Below are positions 39,188 to 55,727 of a stretch of 64,000 nucleotides of DNA, piece after piece. Positions within the stretch are counted from its first letter, which is position 1. Every line of letters begins with the position of its first letter. A program made the translations under genes and the position numbers. The DNA is from Lineus longissimus (taxonomy: Eukaryota), in assembly GCF_910592395.1 (NCBI RefSeq), contig NC_088308.1, forward strand, positions 620,001-684,000, read 5' to 3'. The notes under the pieces were generated by a model. The model searched no databases. It was not told the DNA's origin and saw only the letters and a list, made by a program, of their open reading frames with translations.

Positions 39188-40852
39188 AATGCCGCCCGTT
39201 GTGGACAATCTATTCGGGTCCCTGGTTTAAAAGACGGTCTGAAACATCTTGATTTCTTTCTGGTGAAGAGAGTGGGTGCAGGTGTTCACTCGGCAAAGTT
39301 TTCGGTTTTGATTTTCTTTTTTAAAACCCGACACTGATGGAAGGGTGTGACTGGAGTGTGAAATAGTCGCACAGCTTTGGTCTTATTATCAAATGGGTGC
39401 AGGGGGTGCAGAGGGTGCTTAGTGCAAGGTGCGCTTACATCTCCACACTTTATCACATCCATACATACAATTGACAAATCTTAGCTAACCCACTACCGAA
39501 ATACATGTACAATTAGGCAGTACACAGGTAGTCCATCATGTCTTTTATGTCATGGAAACACTGCACGATTGACGTACAAGCAGGAAGCCATGCATTAGGC
39601 CTACGCGTGTATGAATAATCGAACACTCCATTTCCGAACAGATTACGCATTGTCCTCTTTCTCTCGTGCATTATATTGATAGACTGTGCAGTGACATAGC
39701 GTCCCACATTTTACATGTAAATAGGTCGGGTCTATATATGCGTGTCAATGCTTATAAGCCAACACGGAGGTTCGTTATATTTCTTGTATACACTGATAAA
39801 GCGTTTGTGCGGATGTGTGAAGACTTCTCACAAGTAGGCCAATATATATATAGAGGACGAGATTTCTGGAAGCACTGAGAGGTGAAGCAGTGTCGGTAAA
39901 CGCTTATAAACGCTCTGGTGGGAGGCGCAGGTAATCTGTGAGACAATTTTTTCCTTTAGGAGTATCCCCACTATCTATACTACATCAGACCCAGACCTAT
40001 AACAACTTGTGTACATTTCAGCACGGTGGCAGTTGCATGTTTTACACCACCATGAATCCCGTTACGGTAGATGTGTCAAAAATGTCCGTATCAAAATTCA
40101 CGTTTTTATCCAAAAGCGGTATCAAATACATGTACCCCTATATGTAGCGGTGAATGCATCCATCCTGTACCGATCAAAGACAAAATTATTTCATTTGTAC
40201 GCGATATCGCTCCCCTAGTCAGTACCTTAGGGGATCGTGGGCGCGTTCCAAATGTCTATATAGGGGAAAAGGGGTTATTTTGAGTTCAAAATTAGGGTGT
40301 AAAATCCTCGAGAAAACGAAAAAGGGGGTACTTTTTGAGTATGATGTCATGCAACTCGTCAAAAGGGGTGCTTTTTCATCAAAATTGTGAGGTCACCACT
40401 TTACTTACTTAACCTTTTGTTCAGTATAACAACTCATAAATAAGAAAAGGAGGTGAAATAAATGTGTTAAAATGGTAATTTCGAACAAGAAGTCCCCGAG
40501 AAAGGGTACGAGAACTGGCCCCCCTCAAATTTGCTGACTGAGTGAGGGAGTCGGGTATCGCTCATGTATTTTTCGCTAATTTTGGTTGTCGTATTCACAG
40601 TCAATAAGGGATGACGGGTGATTACGCAATACATGAGCTGTTTCTTATCCCTGCTGTGTGTCAGAACAACTGGAAGAGTAATCATCACGATTGGCAATTT
40701 CCACGCCAAGTCATGAGAGGAATCGGGAATGATTACCGACTGGCACGGCGAGGATGATGCTTGATTGGTTATGCTAGAGCGAAATCGCCTACGAATAAAC
40801 TAGTTTTGTCTTTGATGGGAGACCGTGGGGATGTACACATCAAACCGGATAA

Positions 40853-42689
<1,837 letters not shown>

Positions 42690-44557
42690 GGGAAATACCG
42701 TAACAGTTGCCAGGAAAGGACAATAATGAACATGGTCAATGGATTTGAATGGTCGAATTATAATGGGACAAAGTCACAGACCAGAATCAGATTTTAAATT
42801 CTGCTTATCTCTATTCAATCAAAAAGGCGCTGACATTGCGAGTTCTCTATTGGTGAGGCTGACAGTACGATGATGTTCATTTCAAACTCCAGGTAATCCT
42901 GGACTAGGACCACTGATCTTCGAATTGTGTGCTACTGTGGACTACATGGACAGGCCTCTCCTCGCACTGTGCGCGTACGTGGGCTGTTGTGACACATTTC
43001 CTGGCTCCAATTCAGGAATATAACCTTTAAATCTGTGACTTTGTCCGTTGAACATCGAGTCCTTCCTGGACATGTACTCAAGATATCCCCCCCCCCCCCC
43101 CCAGAACGAACTCTGTACCTCAGTCAGTGGTATTATTGTGGTTATTATACCTAAAAATTACCAGTTTATGGGCGCCGCCGGAAATTGACAATGGACTTGT
43201 CCGAAATCCGTTGTTGTTGGTCGAAACTGTGCCTTTCAGCCCTCCAAATTCTTCACCCCTCAATTTCTACCAGCACACCAAAGAGAGACTTGTCAGTTTT
43301 CGCCTGCCCAAAATATGTATATTAATTTGATTCATTACACTGTCAATGAGCTATCCACTAAACTAAATATTTTAAATGTTTTGACCTGATCGTATTTGAT
43401 ACAAGAAATTGCGAGTGTACAAACAGTGTGCACATGCAGTGATCTTGTGGCGAATCGCAGACTGTATAAAAACCGGTATTTAACACTCCAGGCTTTCCGG
43501 TCAGAAGGCTGTCGCCTGTAATGTGAGGCTCTCCTGCGAAAATTGGGTATAGGATACTTGTTAATTCCTTTAGTAGTGAGTAGAAAGCGAATCATGAAAT
43601 TTCGCATAATTCTTTCTCCATGATCTGAGGAGCATTTCACTTCAATAAGGCTTCATATTACATTATTGATAATATTTGTAGCACGTTCACGTGACCCCCC
43701 TTCAGACTTCTCTGACATTTTGCAATGTATCTTGAACACGATGCCTTACCATGAATATGATCTACTCTGCATGCAATCAATAAAACTGTAGCATTCTCTA
43801 AAAGTTTGTTTTTTTTGTTCATGTATTTCAATGCCGTGAGTGTTTTGATAGTAAGTACGTCTGTAATACATATTCTGTGGCCGTGGCAGATATTTGGGAA
43901 GAAGGGGACACTTCCCCCATTTTCAGTACTCGTCTCCCTTGTACGCACACTAGAGCCAAGACCACCGGCCTGCGAACGTACGCAAAAAGATTGGGCTGTC
44001 GACTCGGGTGTGTATTGTCAATGGTGCAGTGTTCATGCTGCATGCATAATAAAACGAAACTTGTTTTGACAAAAGAAATTTTTGATGACAATTTGATAAT
44101 AAACTAACCGGCCGCTCAACCGATGGGATAGAGGACCCCAGTCTAGGGGGCCTACCCCAGAAAAATCGTTCCGGACCCTCCTCGACCGGCTGGCGCGGCC
44201 AGTCCCACTACTCCCAGCACTAGTATACACTGTGCAACGGTCTTCCCGTGCATACATCACTGATTTTAACAAATCCACAGCACAATAACAACAAATATTG
44301 TAAGCTCAACTCCTTTTTATTGCCGATAGGTGTCGCCGCCAACAAAGGTTTACTATGCAATCTTGACGCTGGAGGCGCTGATTTCGTGCTGACATTTTTT
44401 AATTTCGGCACTGGGGCGAGTTGTGAGGCTAAATTTATGCTGACGTCACTATTTGTTGGTGGGTAGTGGGTAGTATATGGGTAGTGCCTTTAGGGGGTGC
44501 CCGGGGACAGGCACCTGAAAACCCCCCAAAATCCATCACTGTCAGGATCTCCGGAGT

Positions 44558-47500
44558 TTATGGTTTGCCGACCAAATATGGTTGTCCATTTGTCTGGTGG
44601 TCTTCCTCCTGGTTTAATGGTTCAGTCAATTCTATCCCATTCTCCTCGACGTGTTGATGCTTCTTCCTCCGTCTCGGGGGCATCTCTTCCTGGAGAGGGA
44701 CCTTGTTGGTCTCCGGTAGGACAACTAGGAAGAGGACAGCACAGAGTATAGACAGCAGCCCGATGATGATGTACGGCACAGTCCAGTGGCTGATCTGACC
44801 CTTTGAAAAAAAAGAAAAGATGACTTGATCATTCTCGTCGCGAATGTCTTGAAAACATGTACACCATAACGGATATGCACTGGGCTTGACTTGTTACATC
44901 AACAATAATAAAGGTGAATCCGCACCAGGAAGATGACTGTGTCCGAGGTGTATACCCCCCCCCCCCCCCCTCCTCCATGTTAAGATGCTACTTTCTCCCT
45001 TCAAGAATAGAAGAAGGTGCAATGGCCCTATTTCTCGACGCCGGCGCCAGATGAATGCACTAACTCACCAGCAATGCCACTTGTGGCGCAAGTATACCCC
45101 CAATCCTGGCAGCAACACTACACATTCCCATAGCGATATTCCTGAAAACAAGAACCATGATAACAACTGTGACACATGTATTTCTCAATTAATGCTAAAA
45201 AATTTTAAAGTGACCTATCAGAAGGTAACACTTTCCAATGGTTGATCCCTTGTTAGCTCATTCCGATTCAGCTCAAAGTTTATACTACCTTGAGGCCCGG
45301 TACTTGACATATGAGAGAGATACGAGTTTGGAAATGTAAACGTGTCACATAAGCGATGTCTGGCACTATGAATCGGTTACAGACTATATCATAAACAATC
45401 TTCAGTTTGACACTTACCTCATCAATGTAGGAAAGAGTTCACTCGCAACGATGGAGGCAATGTACCAGACGGAGACGATGCCGCCTTTTCCAATCAAGAC
45501 AAGGGCCGTTACGAGGTCGGGCACTATCCATTTCACACCGATGGCGCCGATTATGACCACACCTGTCAGACAGGCGATCGGAACCATGATATAGCCAAAG
45601 AAGGTTTTTCGGCGGCCGAATCTACAAATGAGAAATTTACTCAAAGAACCGATATTTAGAACATCATTTGAGGGGCTTGGAATACACAGGACGTAAGTGC
45701 AAAAAGTAGTTGTTGACAAGGCAGTCTCGGGATGTACAGCCGAGGTTACAAACCTACTTTTTGAAAGGTTTACACGGAAATCCCTTACCTATCAGCACTG
45801 GGGATGATGGACCAAGCGAACACCATGGACACGGCGGAGCTGATGCATAAATTGACGTTGATCGTCCCTGAGAACGTGTCGTACATGTTGCTGATCCCGT
45901 AGGCAAACAAACTAGCAGTGAACCTGCAAGAATAGAACTTAATAATTTAGTCACAAAATACTGGTTTTTTTACGGTATATTCCAGCTTTGATGAAGGTTG
46001 TTGTCAGTCTCCGAGGGCGAGGCATAACTTTACCGGGTTAAACATTTTGAAGTGCTTCGGCCAGGTTTATCAAACAACCTGGGAGACGTTGTACGTCACC
46101 CTGCACAACATTCAAACTTGCCTTTAATGCAGATAAATGATACCAAAGGTAACGAAAACATCCTTACCAGGTTAGCATGATGACTGCCGCCCTTTTAGCC
46201 ATATCCGCCGTCCTAAACAGGTCGTGGTAACTGTACTGACCCTCTTCTTTCTGCCTCTTCTCTGCTTCCTTGGCTATCTGCTTCAGCACGGACATGTCAG
46301 GGACCTCCCGCTTGTTCACGCGGGCCATCTCCCGTATGATCTTCTCTGCTTCGTCGAAACGACCTTTCTGGATGAGCCAGCGGATGCTCTCCGGGACGAA
46401 CCTTTGGTAAAGAGGAGAGGTGTTAATGAGCGACCTTTCTGGCTGAGCCAGTGGATGCTCTCCGGGAAGAACCTTTGGTAAAGAGGAGAGGTGTTAATGA
46501 GCGACCTTTCTGGCTGAGCCAGCGGATGCTCTCCGGGACGAACCTTTGGTAAAGAGGAGAGGTGTTAATGAGCGACCTTTCTGGCTGAGCCAGCGAATGC
46601 TCTCCGGGACGAACCTTTGGTGAAGAGGAGGGGTGTTAATGAGCGACCTTTCTGGATGAGCCTGCGGATGCTCTCCGGGACGAACCTTTGGTAAAGAAGA
46701 GAGGTGTTAATGAGCGGGCTTGGTTGCCTGTCCAGACCCCTATTTGCCCTCAGTGTAAGACTGTAAGATGGTTCCAGTCATTCACGTATGTGCCTCACGT
46801 ATGTCAGAGAGGAAATGTGTTAATGAGCGGCCTTTTTGGATTAGCCAGTGAATGCTCTCCGGGACGAACCTTTGGTAAAGAGGAGAGGTGTTAATGAGCG
46901 ACCTTTCTGGCTGAGCCAGTGAATGCTCTCCGGGACCCTTTGTTAGAGAGGAAATGTGTTAATGAGCGGCCTTTCTGGGTGAGCCAGCGGATGCTCTTCG
47001 GAAGAAGAGGAGAGTTAAAGAACCATTGGGAACTTACAGTATGATTCCAAATATTAATGGAATGCCCATGAGTCCGGTGGATAGAGCGAGGTATCTCCAA
47101 GACACCAACTGCCAAGCAACCAGGGCCATCAACATAGAACCGAAACCCCAGATTCCCACGGTCCCGACCAGCGTGCGGTACCTCGTGCCAATGAACTCCA
47201 TCGGGAGGGTTGAGCACACACAGATTGAACCAGCTACAATAGAGATGAAAAAATTAAAACATTTCTTTATCACCCCCAAGTGCTGGATGACACTTTCTGA
47301 ATCAGTCATTGTCCTTCAGATCACCCAGTAGGACTTTTATTTTAAAAGATATCATCGGAAATGATGTTCTGAGTGAAAAAAACCGCACACTCCAATCAGT
47401 GGACGCCTACATCGCCATCATTACGATAATGTCTTCATTCTTTATGACAATCTTTTGAACAGTGCACCCGGTTTCAGAAACTCTGCTTGACATGTGTCCC

Positions 47501-49276
47501 AATCTAGTACAGGTGCTGTATCAGTGCTAGATACAATAAGGTTGCAAGGCGGATGAATCCGCGGCACCTTAGGCCCAGATGGTTGTCCCTTTCTCTGCTT
47601 CAGTGGTATACATGTAATCAAAAGCTCATCGAAGTAATGAGTTTTTGGTGTAATGTAGAATCTGAACGACTGTAAGTATCATACATGAACTTTGAGTAAA
47701 GGAGTTCATAATACCTAATCTATACATGATCTCTCTCACAGGAAACTTTAGTGTCAATCGTTAAGGGTTAACGGCATTTGTCAAAGCGGTAAACCAGATG
47801 GTTTCTACCTGGCTCGAAAAGAGGTTTATGACCGGTTTCATTTCAACCTACAAATGAATACTCCCTTGATGAAGGACATCGCCGTATACAGCTGCCAGGA
47901 GTTGGAGAGCATCAGGAGGCTCTGCATGGTGAACTCCACGGTGGCTGCGACCAGTAATGTCTTCTTCCTCCCGATGGTGTCCGCGGCCTGCCCGCCAAGG
48001 ATGGCACCAATCAGGACCCCGACCATTTGAATACTGACCGTCATCTTTGGAATGTAGGCATAGTCGCAAACAAGGTTCCACTGAAAGAATAACTGATTGT
48101 GAGGACGAGGGGTTTGCTATACACATACAATGTATATCATGTTAATCCCGGAATGATATTCCTAATATATAAAGGATGTAGCCATTGATTCATTTTGAAG
48201 TTGAGAACGCCTGTGAATAAACGCCTTCATATTAATCTTAGATAACGAAGTGGGCAGCGTGAATTGTTGAGCGAAACTATGCTACTACTGTTTTATGTTG
48301 TGGCTTGAAGTGCAAATGTCAAGCGGAGGACGATGATTCAGGCTTTGCTCTCGTATACATTTACTTTCATACTCTTTAAGTTAATACATAAACGCCTTGG
48401 CGAAATGCATTTCAATACTCTATATACGACATATTGGACATCGATTGACCCTGATCTCTCAGCCGATATGAGATGACCCAAAACGACCGGCCAAGATATC
48501 TATCAAGTAATCGGTGATAAATGTCCGGGTATATGGAATGATGTGTTGACAGGTTTCTGGTTCGAATCCAACATTGTCAATAGCCTACTTCATTCTGTGA
48601 ACGTCCTTGCATAAGGTCATAGGGGTCATAGGTCATCGGTTTGTTTAGAGCCTCATACGACACGAGCCCTCTATTTTCTTTTGCTTAAGGTCTTCCAATC
48701 AGTGACATTCACATTATAAATGAAACAACGAAACTCGAAAAATATCGAACAAGGGTCATTTTCGCGTGACTCGTTTTTAAGTGGTAGACACATCGCGGGC
48801 GACTAAGTTATATCCACCTTCATCATATTCGTGGACACTGCGGTACTTACATCGGTCACAATGGATGTGAAATCCTCCTTAAAAACATACTCCTCACAAG
48901 GCGCTCCATTCATTTCACACATCTCAGATGTACTATTAGGCCAAGTCCCGTTGTAAGTGTCATTCGAACCCACGAACCTCCCGCAATGCCAGCCGGGATG
49001 GGCAGCCGAGAAGATGAAGAGACTCATACAAATAGATGTTGGCAGGTCCATAAGAGTCAGCACCACAAAGAGGCGAATTTGATAAATTCCAAACTCTCCA
49101 ATATGCCTCAGGATAAGGTACTCAAATGTTTTGTTAGTTTTGTCAGTTTCGTCAGCTACTTCTATAATCTCGCTCTCGGACTTCGCTACCACACTGTTTG
49201 ATTGGCAGGATTGTGGCGCAGGCTCGTCTGGCAAACAACCCGTATCTACGGCCACCCGCGTCACCTCGTCGCCCAT
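44558..49276 (-). CDS. SLC22/organic cation transporter-like MFS protein, copy A, 8 exons, about 579 aa
   Basis: Exons 49276-48851, 48080-47852, 47233-47038, 46401-46168, 45923-45789, 45621-45418, 45141-45069, 44800-44558. Motifs GEFGIYQ, SIVTD/WNLVCD, ADTIGRK, VPESIRWL, RFGRR, ELFPT, LPETNK. Confidence 0.9.
46402..47005 (-). repeat. Intronic array of the 71-bp 'splice acceptor + exon start' unit (about 7 units, interrupted near 46718-46805), SLC22 copy A
   Basis: Minus-strand unit CTCATTAACACCTCTCCTCTTTACCAAAG|GTTCGTCCCGGAGAGCATCCGCTGGCTCAGCCAGAAAGGTCG. Confidence 0.9.
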
Positions 49277-50500
49277 TGTGGCTGCTGAAGAAAGGTCAAG
49301 GATCGATTTTGGAAATCACACAGAAGCACTTTTATATAGTTCCTGTATGTCCACTTATGTTTCGTTTTGAGATCTAAGTCAAGAATCGCGTAGTCTCCCT
49401 AAGTTTCCTGCTAGAAATGAAATGGGGCTGGCCATCCGAGAACACAAGGTGATAACTCTACTATAAAAGCACTTCAAGAAATCAATATTATCGAGTCGTC
49501 TTGCTCAGTCATGTTCCTTACTGTCTGTTTCGCGTTGGATCTGAGTCAAGTTCAGTTCGGCAATCCCCATGATATAGGTAAGTGTTATCATTATTTTCAA
49601 TTGATTTTTTGATTAGGAATAGGTCTCTTGAATCAAGGTCAATACTCTCAAAAATCTTCAGTAATGACAAGTTCCTTGAAGATATTGATTAATGATTCTC
49701 ATTTTCTCGTGTCATCATAAAATGTATCTGTCTAATGGGAGCTAAGAATGAGATGCCACCTCTGAGTGTGTTGGCATGCAGTGGTTTAGGCTCACAGATT
49801 CAGGTTGCTTAACTTTAGACTGGCTCTGGCACGTGCTATAGATATATATGTTGCGCTTGCGATGAACTAATTTCGATGAATGGAAAGTTATTTGCTCGGC
49901 ATGGGTACCTTGACTACAAAGCCTATGGGAAAGCGGCAAAACCGGGACGGTAAACCACCGAAGTAGAATCCGACATTCTTTAATCCATCAATGGATCAAG
50001 GCTCCCGTGCTGTCGATGAGGTCATAGGGATATCATCAGCATATCCTCTCAACCCTGGTGTAACGTTTTTGGTTGTTCCCCATATTTCAGTGTTTCGGTG
50101 CAAGATAGCTAGTGAAACCATGACTTTTCAACAGGGAGACACCGAGAAATATGTGTCTATATGTCTTTCAGCGTTCCCAACAATGGTTAGAGCTCTTTGC
50201 GTTCGGGAGAACAGGTAGATCTGATGTTGGTCAACTCTTAAGTGACACGTAGCAAGTGACAACGTGAACTCTCCACCAAGTGGAACCTTTTTGTTCTTCA
50301 AACATTGCAAATATACGGAAGAAGGATGAGCCCTAAAATACATGTAGGGGTGTCTTTCCATTGGTACGACCAGCCGGTAGCTCCTTATTTGAAAAAAAGA
50401 GAAAACCAAAATAATGTCGGATGTACTATTTCCTTTAATTCTTTGTCTAGAGTAACAATTGATGATTATTGCTCGCTGCTAAGCCGCGGAGAAGAGGGGT

Positions 50501-53500
50501 CTACCCAACTATATAAATGTGCCCATTATTTGTCTTCTTGTCCTCCTTGTCTGCTGGTGCAGCCCATTCGACCTGGTTTCCCTTCACTCGCTTCTTCGTC
50601 CGTCTCGGGGGCATCTCTTCCTGGAGAGGGACCTTGTTGGTCTCCGGTAGAACAGCTAGGAAGAGGACAGCACAGAGTACAGACAGCAGCCCGATGATGA
50701 TGTACGGCACAGTCCAGTGGCTGATCTGACCCTAGCAAAGCAAATATCAGAAATCATAATTAGCCGGACGAGTTCACACCAATCCTTCGTTAGCACTAAT
50801 GTCTTAAAGTATGCAAACAGAGCACTGCAGGGGAAGGGCTGGATGACGAGGATATACACTCTTATGTATCAGGTCACCTTATTGTCAATGGCCCCTGCAT
50901 TCATATATTGGAGATAATCCATCATTTCTAATTAATGTGGCTTTAACGACATCAAAATACACCTTCTCAGTGTGACTGCATCCATATGGGACATGGAAGA
51001 ATGTGTTCGGTCATCTTAAGGATGCTGCGAATATTTAACTCACCAGCAGCGCCACTTGGGGCGCTAGGATCCCAGCCACACGTGCCGCCATGCTGGACGC
51101 ACCCATTGCTATATTCCTGAAACCAAGGAACAAAACTATTAGTTCCTTCAAGAGTCTCTTCAAGTATACTTGGTTTCTTTAATATCAATGACATCATATC
51201 ATAAAACGTGTCGGGTTCGTCCATTGCCCGTGGATCGAGGTCACGTTTTCAAATGTAACGTGTCACTGTTCACTTTTGATGCGTGACATGAAGAACGAAC
51301 AAGTCGTTTCCACAGAGCGGGCTACATACGATTCACGAGGTCACTTTCCACCCTCACATCGTGATTTCAAGCCAAAGTCAGTTAACACGTGACAAGTGAA
51401 TCATGACAAGTGACAACTTGAACCCTATGTTACTCCAGCCTTAGACGATTTCGATATTTTGCACTCACCTCAACAGCGTAGGGAAGTGCTCACTGGTAGC
51501 AATGGTCGCCACAGCCCAAACTGAGACGATGCCGCCCTTTCCAATCAGGACAAGGGCTGTCACAAGATCGGGCACTTTCCATTCTTGGCCCATTGCTCCG
51601 ATTATGATGACACCTGTCAGGCAGGCGATCGGGATCAAGATATAGGCAGAGAAGGTTTTTCGTCGGCCGAATCTGGAAGATGATCATTTGAATGTGACAT
51701 GAGAGCGAAATCTGCCAAAGGTGCGAGGTAATTCATTCCATACAGACTGATCATATGCAAGTGAGTGGAACGTCAGTCAATGGGTGCACACGAACCTTTA
51801 GGCTAATATTACAGTCGTCCTACCTACCTGTCCGCAAAAGGAATAATGGACCAGCCGAACACCATCGATACGGAAGAGCCGATACACAAATTGACGTAGA
51901 TAGTCCCTGAGAACGTGTCGTACATGTTACTGATCCCGTAGGAGAATAAACTGCATGTGAACCTGGAGAGATAAAACTTAGTTTAGCCTTCGATAATAGT
52001 GCGGAAAATTCTGCCTGACGACACCACGGTTCAGAATAGCAAAGGTTTAAGCATGATTTATTGACAAATAGAACCAACTATAGAAACTCTTACCAACATA
52101 ACATGATGACTGCCGCCCTTTTTGCCATATCCACCGTCCTGAACAGGTCGTGGTAACTGTACTGACCCTCTTCTTCCTGACCCTTTCTGGCGTCGTTGGC
52201 AATCTCCTTCAGCACGGACATGTCAGGGACCTCCCGCTTGTTCACGCGGGCCATCTCCCGTATGATCTTCTCAGCTTCGTCGAAACGACCTTTCTGGATG
52301 AGCCAGCGAATGCTCTCCGGGACGAACCTTTGGTAAAGAGGAGAGGTGTTAATGAGCGGCCTTCCTGGATGAGTCGGTGGATGCTCTCCGGGACGAACCT
52401 TTGGTAAAGAGGAGGGGTGTAAATGAGCGGCCTTCCTGGATGAGTCGGTGGATGCTCCTCGGGACGAACCTTTGGTAAAGAGGAGGGGTGTAAATGAGCG
52501 GCCTTTCTGGAGGAGGCAGTGAATGCTCTCCGGGAAGAACCTTTAGTAAGGAGGAGAGGTGTTAATGAGCGACCTTTCTGGCTGAGCCAGCGGATGCTCT
52601 CCGGGAAGAACCTTTGGTAAAGAGAAGAGGTGTTAATGAGCGACCTTTCTGGCTGAGCCAGCGGATGCTCTCCGGGAAGAACCTTTAGTAAAGAGGAGAG
52701 GTGTAAATGAGCGGCCTTTCTGGAGGAGGCAGTGAATGCTCTCCGGGAAGAACCTTTAGTAAAGAGGAGAGGTGTAAATGAGCGGCCTTTCTGGAGGAGG
52801 CAGTGAATGCTCTCCGGGAAGAACCTTTGGTAAAGAGGAGGAGTGTAAATGAGCGGCCTTCCTGGATGAGTCGGTGGATGCTCTCCGGGACGAACCTTTG
52901 GTGAATTTGGTATATCTGAAAAAAGAACCCAAGGGAGCGATGTTTAGTTCCTGAGGCCTCAACAGTCAAAGGTTAGGTTAAGAACAATATGCTCTAAAAT
53001 ACTTACAGCACGATTCCAAGTATAAGAGGAGTCCCCATGAGTCCAGTGGCTAGGGCTAGATACCTCCAAGTGACCACCCTCCACGTTATCAGGGCCATGA
53101 GCATATCGCCGAAGCCCCAGGCACCCAGGGAGCCGACTAGTGTGCGGTACCGCGGGCCTATGAACTCCATCGGGAGGGTGTTGGTGATACCGATGGATCC
53201 AGCTAGTCAATAAAATCAGAAACGAACAACTGCTAAAAACTTCTGATGCTGATACGTGCGCTACACATCATACGAATGTACTTTTATACGAATGCCTCAG
53301 TTACCCTCCTCCAAAACAATGAGTGCTTCTAATTGGCCGAAGTCCCCCCTCAAAAAACCATTTTAAGGCCTTGTCATTTTTGACAAATGGTTTATAACTG
53401 CAAAATTTCGCCCAACTGATTGGATACAGCCGGACGTCACAACATTTCTGTGGTTTGACCCCTTTTTTTTCTTTCAATTCACCCAGGAACAGCCCCTTAA

Positions 53501-54485
53501 TAAATGGACACATCCAGGAACGCGCCCTTGATAAATGACCTTACCCAGGAACACCCCTTTGATGAATGATATCGCCGTGTAAAGCTGCCAGGAGTTCGAC
53601 AATGCCGACAGACACTGCATGGACATATGCATAATGGCTGCGATCAGTAGCGTCTTCTTCCTCCCGATGGTATCCGCGGCTTGGCCCGTTAGGATGGCGC
53701 CTAGCAGGACTCCGACCATCTGAATGGTTACAGTCATCTTGGGGATGTAGGCGTAGTCGCAAACAAGATTCCACTGACATGAACAATTTTAGGATTGAGT
53801 AAAGTATGTAGGAAGATTGAAATAGCAATCCTCAACAGACGCAGTATGAGTAAGCGGGTGCCATCAAATAGGATAATGAGACACTCCATATGTATAGGCA
53901 GCAGCCAATAGGGGCCGCCAGCCTTCTTTGAGCTGTTCCTCTTCGGGAGGGAAGGGGATCTAATGATCACCCCTGGTTACTATCATAAGCCACGCATTGA
54001 AAGCTTTTGTTCTAGAAATGACGCTGAAGACACAAAAATTGGGTCTGTCGACAATTTCCATAACTACTTACATCGGTCACAATGGATGTGAAATCCTCCT
54101 TAAAAACATACTCCTCACAAGGCGCTCCATACATTTCACACATCTCAGATGTACTATTAGGCCAAGTCCCGTTGTAAGTGTCATTCGAACCCGCGAACCT
54201 CCCGCAATACCACCCGGGATTGGCAGCCGAGAAGATGAAGAGACTCATAGAAGTCGCTATGGGAAGGTCCATGATCGTCAGCACCGCAAAAAGACGTCTT
54301 TGATAAATTCCGAACTCTCCAGTTTTGTTCAGGATCAGAGCCTCAAATGTGTTATCTGTTTTCTCAGCTCTTTCCAGCATACCCTTCTCGGCCTTCGTAT
54401 CACCAGTTTTATGGCAGTATTCCTGCGCTGAGCCCGGCGAACTACCCACATCTACCGTCGCCTCCCGCGTTTTCAAATCACCCAT
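50501..54485 (-). CDS. SLC22/organic cation transporter-like MFS protein, copy B, 8 exons, about 571 aa
   Basis: Exons 54485-54072, 53773-53545, 53202-53007, 52327-52094, 51962-51828, 51672-51469, 51116-51044, 50731-50501. Internal exon sizes match copy A (229, 196, 234, 135, 204, 73). Confidence 0.9.
52328..52895 (-). repeat. Intronic array of the 71-bp acceptor+exon-start unit (8 units), SLC22 copy B
   Basis: The span is exactly 8 x 71 bp between the used acceptor (52328) and the most upstream AG (52896). Confidence 0.92.
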
Positions 54486-54864
54486 TTTGGCTGAAGAAAG
54501 TCTGGGTGTACTTTGTATAGAAATTGTGTCGCGTTTTCACTTAGGTTCCGTTTAGGTTCCGTAATCCGAAAGGTTGTGTAAGATAGAAATGGGTTTGGGC
54601 GCATCATGTGAAAACACGTAGCCCATCTCCTAAAGCATCTTGAGAAGGATATAGGGTCTCAATACAAATTACATAAAATCGTCCTCCGTGATCGCAAGGT
54701 ACATGTAATTTTCACCTTTGAGAGAGTCCAGTTTATGACCGTAAGCTGATGAACCTTATGAAACACTATCTTAGATTTTTTCATAATCCACTTCATATCC
54801 TAAAATTTGATTAATCAGTTTTATTACATATTATGGTATAAGTAGTAGGGTATTCCTGGACATT

Positions 54865-54984
54865 AGTGAGGTTTCGCAACCACCCGGTTAGGCCCTACGA
54901 CGACGTTTATCTATTGTTCGGGTGAACTCACACAATAGATAAACGTCGTCGTAGGGCCTAACCTGGTGGTTGCAAAACCTCACT
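54865..54984. mobile_element. Foldback MITE (120 bp, about 53-bp near-perfect inverted arms) with ATT flanking duplication
   Basis: att|AGTGAGGTTTCGCAACCACCCGGTTAGGCCCTACGACGACGTTTATCTATTGT...ACAATAGATAAACGTCGTCGTAGGGCCTAACCTGGTGGTTGCAAAACCTCACT|att. Confidence 0.8.
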
Positions 54985-55079
54985 ATTGGTCAATGGCCGC
55001 TTCGTGAACCAAGTAGGCTGTCATAAGCCAGTTGTTACATTTTTACATTCATACTGGTATAATCGTATAAACAAAAGGA

Positions 55080-55149
55080 GCCGCCGTAGTGTAGTGGCTC
55101 CGACTCTCGACTTGTGGTCAATAGATCCCTGGTTCGATCCCTGGCGGTC
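55080..55149 (+). mobile_element. tRNA-derived sequence (SINE head or tRNA pseudogene)
   Basis: A box TAGTGTAGTGG, B box GGTTCGATCCC, and pairable ends GCCGCCG/TGGCGGT; the anticodon arm is irregular (TTGTG loop). Confidence 0.6.
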
Positions 55150-55727
55150 AGAAATGCTCCCAGTTTAGCGCTGGTTGGGCAGGCCACCAGCAAGTCTATA
55201 CTCCGTCTTTCGATATATCGATTATGACGTAGGAGTATCAAAACCCTGAGTCTCAGGATGATTGGACACTTGACAAGAGTGACAGATGTAACCATATGCG
55301 TGTCCTTCAACAGAACTTTGGTTGCACATAAATGGGAAGTGCGCAAACTGCAGATAAGACCAGACACACCTTAGAAGGAGGGGGTCGGGCACGACCAAGT
55401 CGCTGTCCCATTATGAAGAACAAAACAAAACAAAATACAATCATCGATATAAAAGTTATTTTATACTTGATCATGATCCGTGATACATTTACATGTAATG
55501 TACATGTACATGTAATTGCATCAGAAACAATTTCTGATCACATGCAAATAATATTTAAAGGCTCTTAAAAAACGCCACACGCCACTGTGCTGAAAAGGGC
55601 ATGTGGAGATCAATAAACCGTAAGATGCCTTTGTTTACAAGTTGTCCCAAAAAATTGAAGCTCAGCTGCAGCGACATCTATTCAGCCAAAGTCAAACCAT
55701 GAGCGTAGTCCAAGCAATGGCGCGGTT

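Noticed and set aside
40100..40530. AAAAGGGG-rich motifs suggestive of DNA-transposon subterminal repeats
   Set aside because: I could not define terminal repeats, a target duplication or a second copy in the window.
55080..55149. Functional tRNA gene (also considered for 61300-61362)
   Set aside because: A and B boxes are present but the D and anticodon arms are irregular; better explained as SINE heads or pseudogenes.
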